From the NCBI GenBank assembly GCA_028534125.1, contig CM052817.1, positions 48,672,001-48,736,000 of the forward strand: a stretch of 64,000 bases of DNA, in the 5' to 3' direction. The notes under the pieces are model-generated. The model saw only the letters and a program-made list of their open reading frames with translations. It did no database searches and was not told the DNA's origin. This stretch comes from Lama glama. Lineage: Eukaryota. Shown in pieces: positions 40,906-54,040 of the stretch (the first letter of the stretch is position 1; every line of letters starts with the position of its first letter). The position numbers and the translations under genes are program-made.

Positions 40906-42415
40906 GTAGTTTGGTACAGTGGAAAGAGCACTGGCATGTTAGAATCAGACAGATTTGCATTAGAATCCTGTCTTTGTTATTTACTGGCTGGATATCCTTA
41001 TGGAAACTGAAGGATATTGCTAATCTTTAAATCTTCATTTTAAATAGGCATTTTCGTCTTTGCCTTCTGTAGTTGAACATTTGTATGGCTATGAATATCT
41101 AGCATTATGCTGGGTAGTAGATACTTAATATTTATTTTTGCTTTGGAGTCTGAGAGCCAAGGCTAAAACTGGCTAAAACTAGCAAATTGGCATCTGCGGG
41201 AAGGATGTGTTCATTGAGTCCCTTTGCTTCTGGCTTTAAGCAATAATAGGTCATTTCTTCATAAAAGGTGAAGGTCTTCTTTTTCTCCAGCCACCATCAG
41301 CGCTGGTTCTCTTCTTGATTGCAAGTGTGTGTGCTCTAAACATGTGTGATATCCCGGGTGTCAGTATTCCTAGGGGTTCCTGTATTGCTTGGGACTCAGA
41401 TATTCACTAGAGAACATGTACAGATTAGAAGGGTTATTGGGAGCAGTTTAGATAACCCAGCTCTGGGTTTCTACCCCTCTATCTCTTTCAGGCCACTGGT
41501 AGAATTTTCTGATGTTTCTGACAAATCAGAGCTATTTTGTCCTCTCTTTGCTTACATCCCACTATTGTAGCCCTCAATTCTATCTTTGTATATTCAAAAA
41601 GTAGTTAAAGAAGGAGCATCTCTAATCTTTAAAAGGAATACTGCTCCAAGACTCAAACTGCAGCCAGCTTTAAAAGTAACATCTTTTCCCTTCTACATTT
41701 GTTATTCAGTGGAGAAATAAAGTTAATAGCTCATTAATGAGTGCTGTTCCTAATATATGCCCAATACTGACATAAAGTGGAGAAAACATGAAGAAAAATG
41801 GTGAAATATCCAAGTGTTCTTTGAGGACCATTTTGGAAATTATCTGACAAAGTTGCAACGTTTGTTCAGGGAAACTACGTGAGGATGCTTCTTACTGTCC
41901 CTTGTTCAGCATAATCCCTGGTTAAAGTACAGCACTGTTTACCCCCAGGTAGTTCCTGGGTTGATCTGTTTGTCTTGGAAGACAGGGATTTGCTACCTAC
42001 TGCTTTCACTTTGGAGAAGAGAACCTTGCTTCTAAGGTAGTTGCTCTTCAGAAACCAAGTCTGTATAATGTTTGTTTATTTTGTTGAATCTCTTGCTGAT
42101 GATATCTACACTCTTTTAACATATCCACACTCTTCTATAGTCTTTGTATGTCCTACTGTATATTAGTAATATAGTTAGCAAGTTAAAGAAAGATCAAATT
42201 ACATCCTACATCACAGCTACTTAAAATGTGATACAGTGTGCTGTTTCTAAACTCCAGAGTTTTAGATTTTTTTTTAGATTGTACCTTTTAAAGAGACCTA
42301 GTCACCCCTCAGACAAAAAAATAAATTAATTGATAGAGTGAGTGAGCAAGTAAGCAAACCAAGAGAACTAAATAAACCAAACACCAACACCAGAACCTGC
42401 ACTTTGGGAAGGCTG

Positions 42416-42429
42416 CCACCAGAGGGTGC
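42416..42429 (+). promoter_or_regulatory. Candidate CTCF binding site CCACCAGAGGGTGC
   Basis: Close match to the CTCF core; single C>T at the CpG position. Confidence 0.55.
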
Positions 42430-43183
42430 AGCTGTTAAGGCCATGGTGTAAGATTTAGGGTGAACAGTTTTTCTAAAGCCATGAACACCTGTTCCCTTCT
42501 TGACAAGGGTCAGAAGTAAAATTCTCTTAAAAAAGTGAAATGAAAATAATATTGTTCAGCCTATTTATAAATACAGAGGATACTGAAGATCAATAGATTT
42601 TAAATACATAGTTTGGTCCTTTTTTTTTTAACCAATATTCTATAATAGTTTTTGACTCCAAATTCAAATTTCTGTAATTCTTTGATTAGAAATTTACTCT
42701 ATTGTTTTCAATCCTAGTAGTGGACAGATTTGACCTAAAAGCCCAAGCCAGACACCTTACTGAAAAAATACAAAGATAAGTCAAATGTATTTTATGATTC
42801 TTGGTTTGTTTGGGGATTTTCAACTAAGATTTGAAGATTTCAAAATTGCTCTTTGCTTTGAAAGCTTGAAAGTTTCATATTTTTCAATGAACCACGTTTT
42901 AAGTTTTTTAAGGTAATATTCATACCTCTTTTACATGTGTGATGTAGGATATACAGATTGATTTAAACGTACTGGACATTCCCTGTATGTTGACTTTACT
43001 GCATTACGTTTTCCTGAAAATAATACCAACAAATGTCATGGGGCATGGGTTGACAGAAAGACTGAACACAGGCATTGTATAGATTGAGCATTATTTTTCT
43101 TACAGGAGGAAGTCAGCACAATCAGAACAGTCAGCAGGGAGAGCAGTAACTTTCTCTAAGAAAGTTATAAACTTCCCAACCAC

Positions 43184-43690
43184 TGTCAAAGAAAGATTGT
43201 GCAGAACAAAGTTAAACAGGCAGGGAAGACTTTATTCAAGATTCAACTAAACAAAAGGCGGGAAGGTTTTTAAGCCCTGGGTTGAGCTAGTGGAAAGTAT
43301 TAGAGCACACTGGGCATGGGGAGGTTGGTTAAAGTGATTAGGCCATCTGTATTTGTCAGTTTGCATTAGGCAGTTAGACTTGTAGGGTAGTTAGGTAGTT
43401 GGCCTCTATCCTCCCACAGAGATTGGGAGACAGGGACACTCTCCTTGGTGATGATTACTCTTCAAAGGGATGGTTCCCAGGTCCTAGAGACAGTTATTCC
43501 CTGGGTTGTAACACTGGCAAGACACTGCAAGATGATTTACCTACTTTTCAAAGTGGCAGAAAAAGAGTTGATATCTTTAAGTTTTCTAAAGTTAGTGCCT
43601 CAAGTAAAGGGAGGTCAAGGGCCTATACTTCGGAATAAACCTGCCTGAAGTTCAGTTAAGCTGAGTGGAATGTTAAGGCCATTTTGGTCA
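43184..43690 (-). mobile_element. Solo LTR (ERV1-class) with 4-bp TSD CCAC
   Basis: TG...CA termini, CCAC at 43180-43183 and 43691-43694, AATAAA on - at 43231-43236. Confidence 0.8.
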
Positions 43691-44887
43691 CCACCTAGAG
43701 CAACACAGCAGGAGCAGAATGTGCAGATGATAGTATACTAGTGAGTGAAAATCATATCAACCTTCTGGAACCTTAAACCAACCTCTCTAGGTCTAGATTT
43801 ATACACACGTACACAATGTTAAACACGTCCTCCGTGTAGCTAGCATGGATAGCTGTTAGGGACTGCATTACTTAGACCAAGTATAGCCCACTGTGCTTTG
43901 AATTATACAATACTCAATATGACTGCTAACATATAACACATAGACCCTTATTAATAAGTAAGCTTCTCATCCATCCATCCATTCTTCATCCTTCTCAGAC
44001 CACCACAGCCTGGTCCAAGTAGACTTTTAAAGATGCTTGCTATTGAACCAAAACAGAGGTTAATTCTCCAGATGTATCCAGAAGTTCTAGATGAAAATCC
44101 CATTAAGCAGCTGAGGAGCTCATCCATCAAAATGGTGAAATAGTAAATATGGTAATATTTTCAGGGTTTCCTTCTGATTTTAATCATCATCATTATCATC
44201 ATCATTTTCCTTATCACCATCAACATAGGTATTGATAATTCATAGTACCTTGCTTCCTGCACAAGATAGACAAAAAGTGTAAGAGAATCTAGAGCTTCTA
44301 AGAGAAATATTCTTCTCCTTCTCTGAGAGTGGCTCATTTAGTTGATTTCTTAATTTCTTCTCAAAGAAGTGGTATTCGTCGAAGGTAGGAAAGTGCATTT
44401 TATTGAACTTCAACTATGAACTTATTATCCTTTAGAGAACTATGTGGGAGGGATGAACTTGAAAATAGAAGGGTGAACAGATTTCTTTGGAAAAGATAAC
44501 TTAACTTGCGACTTGGGTTTTGTGAATTCATGAATATCTTTTGACCATAGATGGATGAGCAAAAAAGGAATTGCCTTCAGATGATTTTATTTTGAAATTC
44601 ATTTTTATTTTTAATTTTTCTGATCACAGAAATGGCACAAGCTCATAGAAAATACTTAAAAATAATCTAGATATTAGAGAATTATATAACATAGAAAATT
44701 AAAGTCCTCCATATTTTCACTTATTCTCAGGATAATTTTTAACAATTTCACATATATTCCTACATATTTAAAAATTCCTTGATAATAATTATTATTAATA
44801 TTGTATCAAAATACATGATTATAGTACACATATTATTTTTAAACTTATATTTTTTCACTTAACAATGCCTTAAACAACTTCTTATTT

Positions 44888-45900
44888 TCTTTCCAGTTTT
44901 ATTGAGATATAATTGATATACATTACTGTCTAAGTTTCAGGCATACAGTATGAGGTTTGATATGCATGCACTGTGGAATGATTAGCATGATAGGTTCAGC
45001 TAACATCCATCTTCTCATATACATACAATGAAAAGAAAAGAAAGAAAAAAGGAAAAAAGATTCCTAGTAATGAGAGCTGCTAGGATTTAATCCTCTTAGC
45101 AACTTTCCTATGTATTATACAGCAGTGTTAGCTACAGTCATCATGTTGTACATTACACCCCTGGTACTTATTTGTCTTATAACTGAAATTTTGTACCTTT
45201 TGCCTGTCTTCCTTCAATTCTCTTCCCCCCCACCAGCCTCTGCCTCTGGTAACCACAAGTATTGTCTCTTTTACTATGAGTTTTTTTTTTTTAATGATTC
45301 CACATGTAAGTGAGATTATACAGTATTTGTCTTTCTCTCTCAGACTTACTTCACCTAACGTAATGTCTTCAAGTTCCATCCATGTTGTCACAATACAACT
45401 GATAGGATTTCCTCATTTTTCATGGCTGAATAACATTTCACTGTGTGTATATATCATACTTTCTATACGTTCATCCATCGATGGGCACTTAGGTTGTGTC
45501 CATGTCTTAGCTATTGTAAATAATGCTGCTATGAACATTGGGGTGCAGATATGTTTTCAAATTAGTGTTTTGGTTTCCTTTGGATATATTCCTAGAGATA
45601 GAAATGCTGGATCATATATTATTCTATTTTAATTTTTTGAGGATCCTCCATACTGTTTTCCATAGTGGTTGTAACAATTTATAATCCCATCAACAGTGCA
45701 CAAAAGTTCCCTTTTCTCCACATCCATGTGAGCATTTTTTATCTTTTGTCTTTTTGATGATGGCCATTCTAACAGGTGTGAGGTGACATCTCACTGTGGT
45801 TTTGATTTACATTTCCCTAATGACTAGTGATGTTGAGCATCTTTCATGTACCTGTTGGCCTTTTGTATATCTTCTTTGGTGAAAGATCTGTTCAGGTTGG
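44888..45900 (-). mobile_element. 5'-truncated L1 with 14-bp TSD
   Basis: TSD acaacttcttattt at 44874-44887 and 45901-45914; ORF 45128..45391 TTWMELE resembles the ORF2 terminus. Confidence 0.9.
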
Positions 45901-48900
45901 ACAACTTCTTATTTGAGTGCATAGCAAAAGCCCAATTCTTTCAAAGAATTATTTTCAGATTATTTTTTAAGTGTATGATTTTAACTTGATTTCACATTAA
46001 AATCAATTAGTAATAATATCATTATCACTTTACTTTTACATAGCTGAAAGGAGCTAAAATTGATCAAACATCTACCATGTGCCAGTATTTTTCTAGGCTA
46101 TTTAGTTTTTATTATCCCTTTTTCCTGCTAGAAAATTACAGTTCAGAGAAATCAAGTAATTTGTCCACAGCAATAAAATACCTAGTGGATAATTCCAACT
46201 ACATGACCAGAAAGACCTTGATTTTTCTGCTGCATGTTTCAGAGTGCTTTGAAATATGTTGGGTTGGCTAAAATATAAAGACAAGTACTAGAAGGAAGTA
46301 ACCATATGAAAGTACAGGTAATATTTTAAGCATGGTTTGTTTAAACTGGCACTTCAAGCCACAGTCATGATTTACTCAAAGCTTTTAAAGTTCTACCTGC
46401 CAGAGACTCTATTATTTTGCAAAATCCTATCACGTTGCTTCCCATGATGTACCTGGACTGTCCGTGGAGAAGTACACAGCCGACACAACACATGCTCACC
46501 AAACAGATTTTATTACCAACATACGTCTTCCACTTTGTTAAAACTTCGAGGATTGAAGGGAACCCTTCCTCACTAAAAATAGGAAATCCTTGACTTAATA
46601 CATTTAAAATTTTTAGAACTTTTCTATTTAAAGACATAATTTGAATAGCTTAATTAAGAAGTTCAAAATGGTGTGCTGTTTATCCCTGTGTAGGTAAGAT
46701 TTATGGTGACAGAGTAATTTGATGTCTCTTTAGAGTATCTTAACTACTTGATAGAGAAAATCTGCCAAATTATAAAGGAAATTGAAAGCTAAAAAGGTAC
46801 ATACAAATATTGATTTCTGTGATGTGTAAAGCAAGATCAATCCTTATCTTCAACCAAGCAGGGTTAGTGGACTGACAATAAACAATGCTGGCATTTCATT
46901 CATCTTATATGAGTATGTTAATGGAAAGTAAGACAAGCACCCCATGCTTTATACTAAATGGCTCATTTATGATTTTCAATCTGTTTAGCCTATTAACCTT
47001 TCAACTGACACTAGTCTGCTTTTGTGTCAGGAAGGAAATACATGTTTTTTTTTGCCCAGGGTAGATTCTTTGGGATGAGGTGGTGAAGGTCAAAGACAAA
47101 GTGTTCTTGATTTAAAACCTTTAAATGCGTCATTTCCTTCTTGCTTTTACAACAGTGTCTTAATTGTAAAGTGGATCAGATATCACCTGGGCTATTGAAC
47201 TAGATCCAACAACAAATTTAGGCCATCTTAAATATACACTTTAATGTTCTTTTATCCTGGGTACTATGATTCTGTGAAGTCTGTTGATCCAAGGTCATAC
47301 CAAGAGTTAATTAACATGAGGCTTTTGGCTTTTTACCTTGCACATTTGAGGTAGGCCTCTTACTTTGGAATGGCATCTGAACCAGAGAGAGCTCCAGGTA
47401 TCTGGGCTGAGGTCATAGCCATGGAGAGGATGGAACAGCTGGAGAAGGAGAGAGCTTTGGCTTTTGGCAGGAAAATGTAATATTTGTGGAAATAAATCAA
47501 AGAGGATGGTGATTCAGAGTAGGGGAACAGAAGAAATAACTGCACATAATTTTTTCCCAGATGGTGCCCAGGACATCCTGTTTTAATGTTTTCTCATGAA
47601 AGTTTCTGAATCATTCTGTCCTGAAAAGACTGAGAAGAAGGGATGATCAGGTTAGGTATTATTCTCTTGAAAGCTGATTTTTCATTGCAAAATTCAAATC
47701 TTAAAAACTTTTTTTGGGTTTTGTTCTGTGAAGGGGATTGACCACAGAGCTCAATTTGTTCATTTATTGATCTGTCTATCCACTCATCCATTCATCCTTC
47801 TAGTCATACACAAAAGTGTATTGAAATTCTAGTCTCTTTCAGGCTCTTTGTATAATCATTGGGGGATATAGCAGAGAGCAAAAATGCTCATGTTCCCTGT
47901 CTTCTTGGAGGCCATAGACAGGTGGAGGAGACAGACATGAGCAAGTAAATGTATCAAAAAATCTATAGTTATATTTTTATTATATTAAAGAAATATATAT
48001 TTTGTGACAAATGCTAGTGAAGAAATAATAAATCTTTAAGAGTGACAATTCCTTTTTTACTCTGTAAATAATATTCAAGAAGCTAATTTTTCTTCATGGT
48101 TTGATGTACTTTACAAAGATCAAATGTACATCTTTATTTCTGAAATAAATAACTCTTTCCGATTTTAGCTCTCCAGTTTCTGATGAACATTTCCTTTTGG
48201 ATATACCATCGGTACTAAAAGTATTTTTGTAAACTCTCCCACAAGCAAGGTATCCATCAGGGGACTACCATGTTTTGGTTAACACAAAGTTGTAGGTTTC
48301 CTTTTTCCCTCTTCTCCATTTTCAACTTTAACCTTAAATTTGATAATTTTCCCTGTTCTAGACTTTGTTTTGTGCTTTGATTCTTCTTCTGTTTTTAACT
48401 TTGCTTCACTTTCAATCTTGTTTTGTTAATATTTTTAATCTCTTCCCATCCTATATTTAAAATATACTCAGGTGGCAGAATTATTAGTCTCAAGTTTTAT
48501 TTTCTTCACATTATTCTCCTTTAAAAAATTTTACTTTTTTTTTTTGACTGACATCCATAGGTCAGCAACATTTGTGGACATATTATCTTCAGGGAAATTA
48601 AGCAATAACCCTGGTACAACCATTAGTTTTAAGTTATAGACACAGGGGAATAACCTGATAGATTTTATTTTTCAGGTCCTTTATCCTTAGTTTATCATCA
48701 AACTCTTTTATAATGAATATGTGCCTGGGATTTTATAAATTAAAAGAGAAGGATGTAATGCAGTCACATTGAAGTTCCTCCTGTGTTGGTGCAAAGCTGG
48801 AATTTTATGAAAAAAATTTATACATAAAAGAAGGAATTCAGAATATATGAAAATATTTGATTATATTAATGGGTTATGGGATATAAGTTGGGTACAAAGA

Positions 48901-49354
48901 AGAAGAAGGGAAGTGAGGGCAGGAGCAAGGTGATGGACCATGACACAGCTGGGGAGATGAATTGATTAGAAGCCAGTATACCAAAGAATTACAGAAGTTT
49001 GAAGTACTAGAGCTGGAAGATAGAAGATGGTGGTTCAGAATAGAAAGCTTGAAATTGGAATTTTGGTAGTAGTCCAGTAATTGGTTACTAGGTCCTGACT
49101 GTGGGAAAGAGTAGACATTTAGGGTGCAGGAAAAGACTATTGGATGGAAAGTGAAAGAACTGAGAGGCCAAGGTCTTGAATGAATCTCCTGTGTGATTGT
49201 TGGAGTCACAACAAGTAGTGATAAAGCAAGTGATGCAGAAAAAGTCAGTGAGCTGGGAAGTAAAATCTTCAGTGACTGGAAGAGTGACTGGGAGAAAGAT
49301 AGGTAACTGCAAAATGAAAGGGGAGTGTTTGCAAATTCTGATGACACAGACTTT

Positions 49355-49902
49355 TTTTTTTAAATTGAATTATAGTCAGTCACAATGTGTCAATTTCTGG
49401 TGTACAGCACAATGTCCCAGTCATGCATATACATACATATATTCATTTTCATATTCTTTTTCATTAAAAGTTATTATAAGATATCGAATATAGTTCCCTG
49501 TGCTATACAGGAGAAACTTGTTTTTTTAATCTATTTTTATATATAGTGGCTAACATTTGCAAGTCTCAAAACTCTTAAATTTATCCCTTCCCCACCCCCT
49601 TTCTCCTGGTAACCATAAGGTTGTTTACTATGTCTGTGAGTCTGTTTCTGTTTTGTAGATGAGTTCATTAATGTCCTCTTCTTTTCTTTTTTTTAAGATT
49701 CCACATATAAGTAATATCATATGGTATTTTTCTCTCTCCTTCTAGCTTATTTCACTTCAAATGTCAGTCTCTAGGTTGATCCATGTTGCTGCAAATGGCA
49801 TTATTTTATTCTTTTTTGTGGCTGAGTAGTATTCCATTATATAAATATACCACAACTTCTTTATCCAGTAATCTATCAATGGACATTTAGGTTACTTCCA
49901 TG
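49355..49902 (-). mobile_element. Young 5'-truncated L1 with 17-bp TSD, inserted into an antisense L2
   Basis: TSD ctgatgacacagacttt at 49338-49354 and 49903-49919; flanks (about 48880-50250) look like L2. Confidence 0.9.
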
Positions 49903-51489
49903 CTGATGACACAGACTTTAAGGTAGTTGTGGTACCTCCATCCAGGTCCTGCTCCTGCTCCATGGGGATGTGAGAGAAAAAACAGCAAAGACTGAAAAGT
50001 ACTTTGAAGAGCCTAGTCTCAGTTAGAAAAAATAGGATGACAGGAACTCTCTGAGAAGAGACTGAGAAACCACAGTATTTTACTGAAGACTGACCTGCAC
50101 TTGAGTCTAGAGGGTACAATGGAAGGGCATGGGAGTGATGGGGGAGGGTGGGAGATCGGTTCTTTTAGAGCACAGATAGAGCCAAATGAGGGCAAAAGTC
50201 CAGGCAATGATAAATGACTTGGAAGTCCTGTGCATCTTTCACTGAGATGGAAAAGAGAAATACTTCAATTTCTAAAGGGGAAGCAAAGTCATTTGCTACT
50301 TTAAAAGATCACTATCCAAGAAGAGAATAAAATTTAAATACAGATAACCCAGAGGAGATAGAAATGTTTCAGAAATAAAAATAATTTTATCTCTCTCTAC
50401 TTAAGGGAAATCTACATGTATTTTTCTACAGAATTAGGTAAAGGTGTCAAAAATGAATTCTTCAGTGACCATTGATGCTTTAGATGTGTCTATTGATATT
50501 TTACATATCTTCAGAAATAAATGCAAAAAGAATTTAGAAAATTTCCCTTTTCTTTACTTTTTACCTAGTTTACATAACATATGACATAATAACATGACAC
50601 AAGCCTTTTCCAAAATATTTTACTGTATTGTCTTTCCTCAAAAACAGAATCAGTAATGCAGAGGGCATATTTGATTCAGTATAAGATGAAGCCTAAATTC
50701 AAATGATCTGAAATCTTTGATATATTGCTTTAATATTCAATCTGCTGTTGAATCTTTGAAAGACACACTAAAGAAAAGGACAAAAATCAAGAGCTAGTAA
50801 GGACTGAAAAGTTTACCTAACCTAACTCCCTGATTTTTAATATGGAGCCTCGTTTCTAGGATTTAGCAGATGTGAATGAATGAGTTCTGGGGAAGCCAGG
50901 ATCAACAACAACCTGTTCCGCTGTGGAGAAACTGCCTGCCAAGTACTAAGCTGATGTGAAATGACGAAAGCAGAGAGCTTTCTAATTCTTAAGTAGGTGG
51001 GCAGTGAGAAATAACAATAGATGATTTTCTGACAACAGCCACTTACTTAGTAGTTACTCCGCAGGTGTATCAGCACCTTTAAACTTCTTAACTGCTTTTT
51101 AAGATGAAGCATTATTATCATTTTCATGAGAAACCTGAAGGAGAGGTTGCTCAAGGTTATTTTGCCAATAAATGGCAGGAATGAGTCAGTACCAATCTGT
51201 CTGACTCCCATGCCTACACCTCTGAGCACTTCACAATGTTTCCTCTTATTCTTTTTTACCAGAACAAACTTAATTATAATTCTCAATGAAATCTCTGAAA
51301 ATCCACTAGTTTCTTCCCCCTCCCCAAGGTCAACACCAAGCTTCGGGCCTCAGGGGTGACTCTAGAGGTGTCTATATTTATACTTTAAATTATCTAATTC
51401 TCTCATGTAACACTTAGTGGAGTCCAGCAGTAATGGAAAAGGAGGGTGATAGTTTAGAATGAATAATATGTATTTGGCATTATATATAT

Positions 51490-51958
51490 ATAATTTAAAG
51501 GATTCCCCAATTAACATAACCTTCACCTCATATATTGACTCTTTTTGGTGAGAACATAAGTTCTGCTCTTTTAGCTAGTATCAATTATACAATACAATAT
51601 TATCAACTATAGTTACCACATTATACATTATTTGATCTTCAGACTTTATTCTGTAAACTAAATTTTGTACCCTTCTTCCAATGTTCTTTTATTTCTCCTA
51701 TCCCCCCTGCACTTGGCAATCACTTTTCTACTCTCTGTTTCTGTGAGTTTGACTTTTTTGTTGTTATTGTTAAGATTCCACATATAAATGACCCCATGCA
51801 GGATTTGTCTTTCTCTGTCTGGCTTATTTCACTTAGCATAATGCCATCCAGGTTCATCCATGTTGTTGCAAATAAAAGGGTTTCCAGTTATTTTTAAGAC
51901 TAATATTCCATTATATATGTCACATTTTCTTGATCCTTATTTTTAAAGGCTAATATTC

Positions 51959-51994
<36 letters not shown>

Positions 51995-54040
51995 CATTTT
52001 CTTGGTCTATTCATCTGTTGATGGACACTAAGGTAGTTCCTATTGTGAGTAATGCTTCAAACATAGGAGTACAGATAACTCTTCTTGATAATGATTTTGT
52101 TTCCTTTGGATATACATCTAGAAGTAAGATGCTGATCATATATGGTAGTTCTGTATTTAATTTCTTCGGGAACTACATGCTGTTTTCCATGGCGGCTATT
52201 ACGAGTTTACATTCCCACTAATAGTGTGCAAGCGTTCCCTTTTCTCCACATCCTCACCAGCATTTGTTACCTCTTGTCTTTTTGATTATAGCCCTCCTAA
52301 TTGGTGTAAGATCATACCTCATTGTGGTTTTGATTTGTTGAGCATCTTTTCAGGTACCTGTTGGCCATTTGTGTGTCTTTTGAAAAACGTCTATTCAAGT
52401 CTTTTGCCAATTTTAAAATTGGGTTATTTATTTATTTATTTATTTACTTATTTATTTGCTATTGTGTTGAATGAGTTCCTTGTTAGTTTGGATATTAACC
52501 CTTTATCAAAAAATGTGGTTTGCAGTTATTTTCTCCCATTCTATAGGTTGACTTTTCATTTTATTGCTGGTTGCCTTGCTAAGTGAAGCTTTTTAGTTTG
52601 ATGTAGTCTGACTTGTAGATTTTTGCTTTTATGTCCCTTGCTTTTTGGTGCCAAATCCAAAATATTATCATCCAGACTGATATCAAGAGGCTTACTTTTA
52701 ATGTTTTCATCTAAGAGTTTTATAGTTTCAAGTCTTACATTCAAATTTTTAATCCATTTTCAGCTGATTTTTGTGTATGGTGTAAGATAGTGGTCCATTT
52801 TCATTCTTTTGCCACATGCAAAACAATATCCAGTTTACCCAACTCCATTTATTAAAGGACTATTTTTTTCCATTGTGTATTCTTGACTCCTTTGTTCTAA
52901 ATTAGTTGACCATATATGTATGGATTAATTTGAGCTCTATATTCTGTCCCACTGATAATGTGTCTTTTTTTTGTGCCACTACCATGCTGTGTTTATTACT
53001 ATAACTTTGTAATATAGTTTGAAATTAGGAAGTATGATGTCCCCAGTTTTACTCTTTTTCTCAAGATTGCCTTGACTATTTGGAATCTTTTAAGGTTCCA
53101 TACAGATTTTAGGACTGTTTGTTCCATTTTTTAAAATATCATTGAAATTTTGACAGATTATATTGAATCTATAGATTGCTTTGAGTACAGTGGATATTTT
53201 AACAATATTAATTTTCCAGTCAATGAGAACAGAATATCTTTCCATTTATTTATATCTTCTTTAATTCTTTTATCAATGTCTTATACATTTCAGATTCCAG
53301 ATCTTTCACCTCCTTGGTTAAATTTATTCTTACATATTTTATTCTTTTGGATACAATTCTGAATTGAATTAAAAATATTGCTGCTGGTAGTTCACTGTTA
53401 GTATATAGAAATACAACTGATTTTTGGTATATTCATTTTGTATCCTGCAGCTTTACTAAATTTTTTTATTAGTACAAATAATTTTTGGTAGAGTCTTTAG
53501 GATTTTCTGTATATAATATCATGTCATCAGCAAATTTAGAAAATTTTACTTAGTATTTTTTGATTTGGTTGCTTCTTATTTCTTTTTCTTTCCCAATTGC
53601 TCTTGCTATAACTTTCATTACCCTGTTGAATAACAGTAGTGAGAATGGGCATCCTTGTCTTGCTCCTGATCTTAAAGGAAAAGCTTTCATTCATTTATTT
53701 ATTTATTTTTTTGGTTTTAACCTTTTTCAGCCTTTAAGTTTTTTAATTTTATTTTTTAATTAAAATTATTTTCTTTTATATAAATTTTAAAGATTAGTTT
53801 CCATCTAAGCATTCAGTGTTTCACTATTGAGTGTAGCTATAGGCTTGTATCATATGTGGCCTCTATTACATTGAGATACAGTCCCTCTATACCAGTTTGT
53901 TGAGAGTTTTTGAAATGAATAGCTGTTCAATTTTGTCAAATGCTTTTTCTGCATCTGTTAAGATGATTTTTTTCTTTCATTTTGTTAATGTGGTGTGTCT
54001 TATTGATTGGTTTGTGGATGTTGAATCATTCCTGCACCTC
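51490..54040 (-). mobile_element. L1 ORF2 and 3'UTR, antisense, about 2.5 kb
   Basis: ORF 52556..52744 NVRLETIKLLDENI...DISLDDNILDLAPK is L1 ORF2; gagaatgggcatccttgtcttg motif. Confidence 0.9.
51962..51992. repeat. (TA)n microsatellite
   Basis: Direct reading. Confidence 0.95.

Noticed and set aside
48874..49347. 157-aa Ser/Leu/Pro-rich minus-strand ORF
   Set aside because: Compositional ORF inside an L2 remnant
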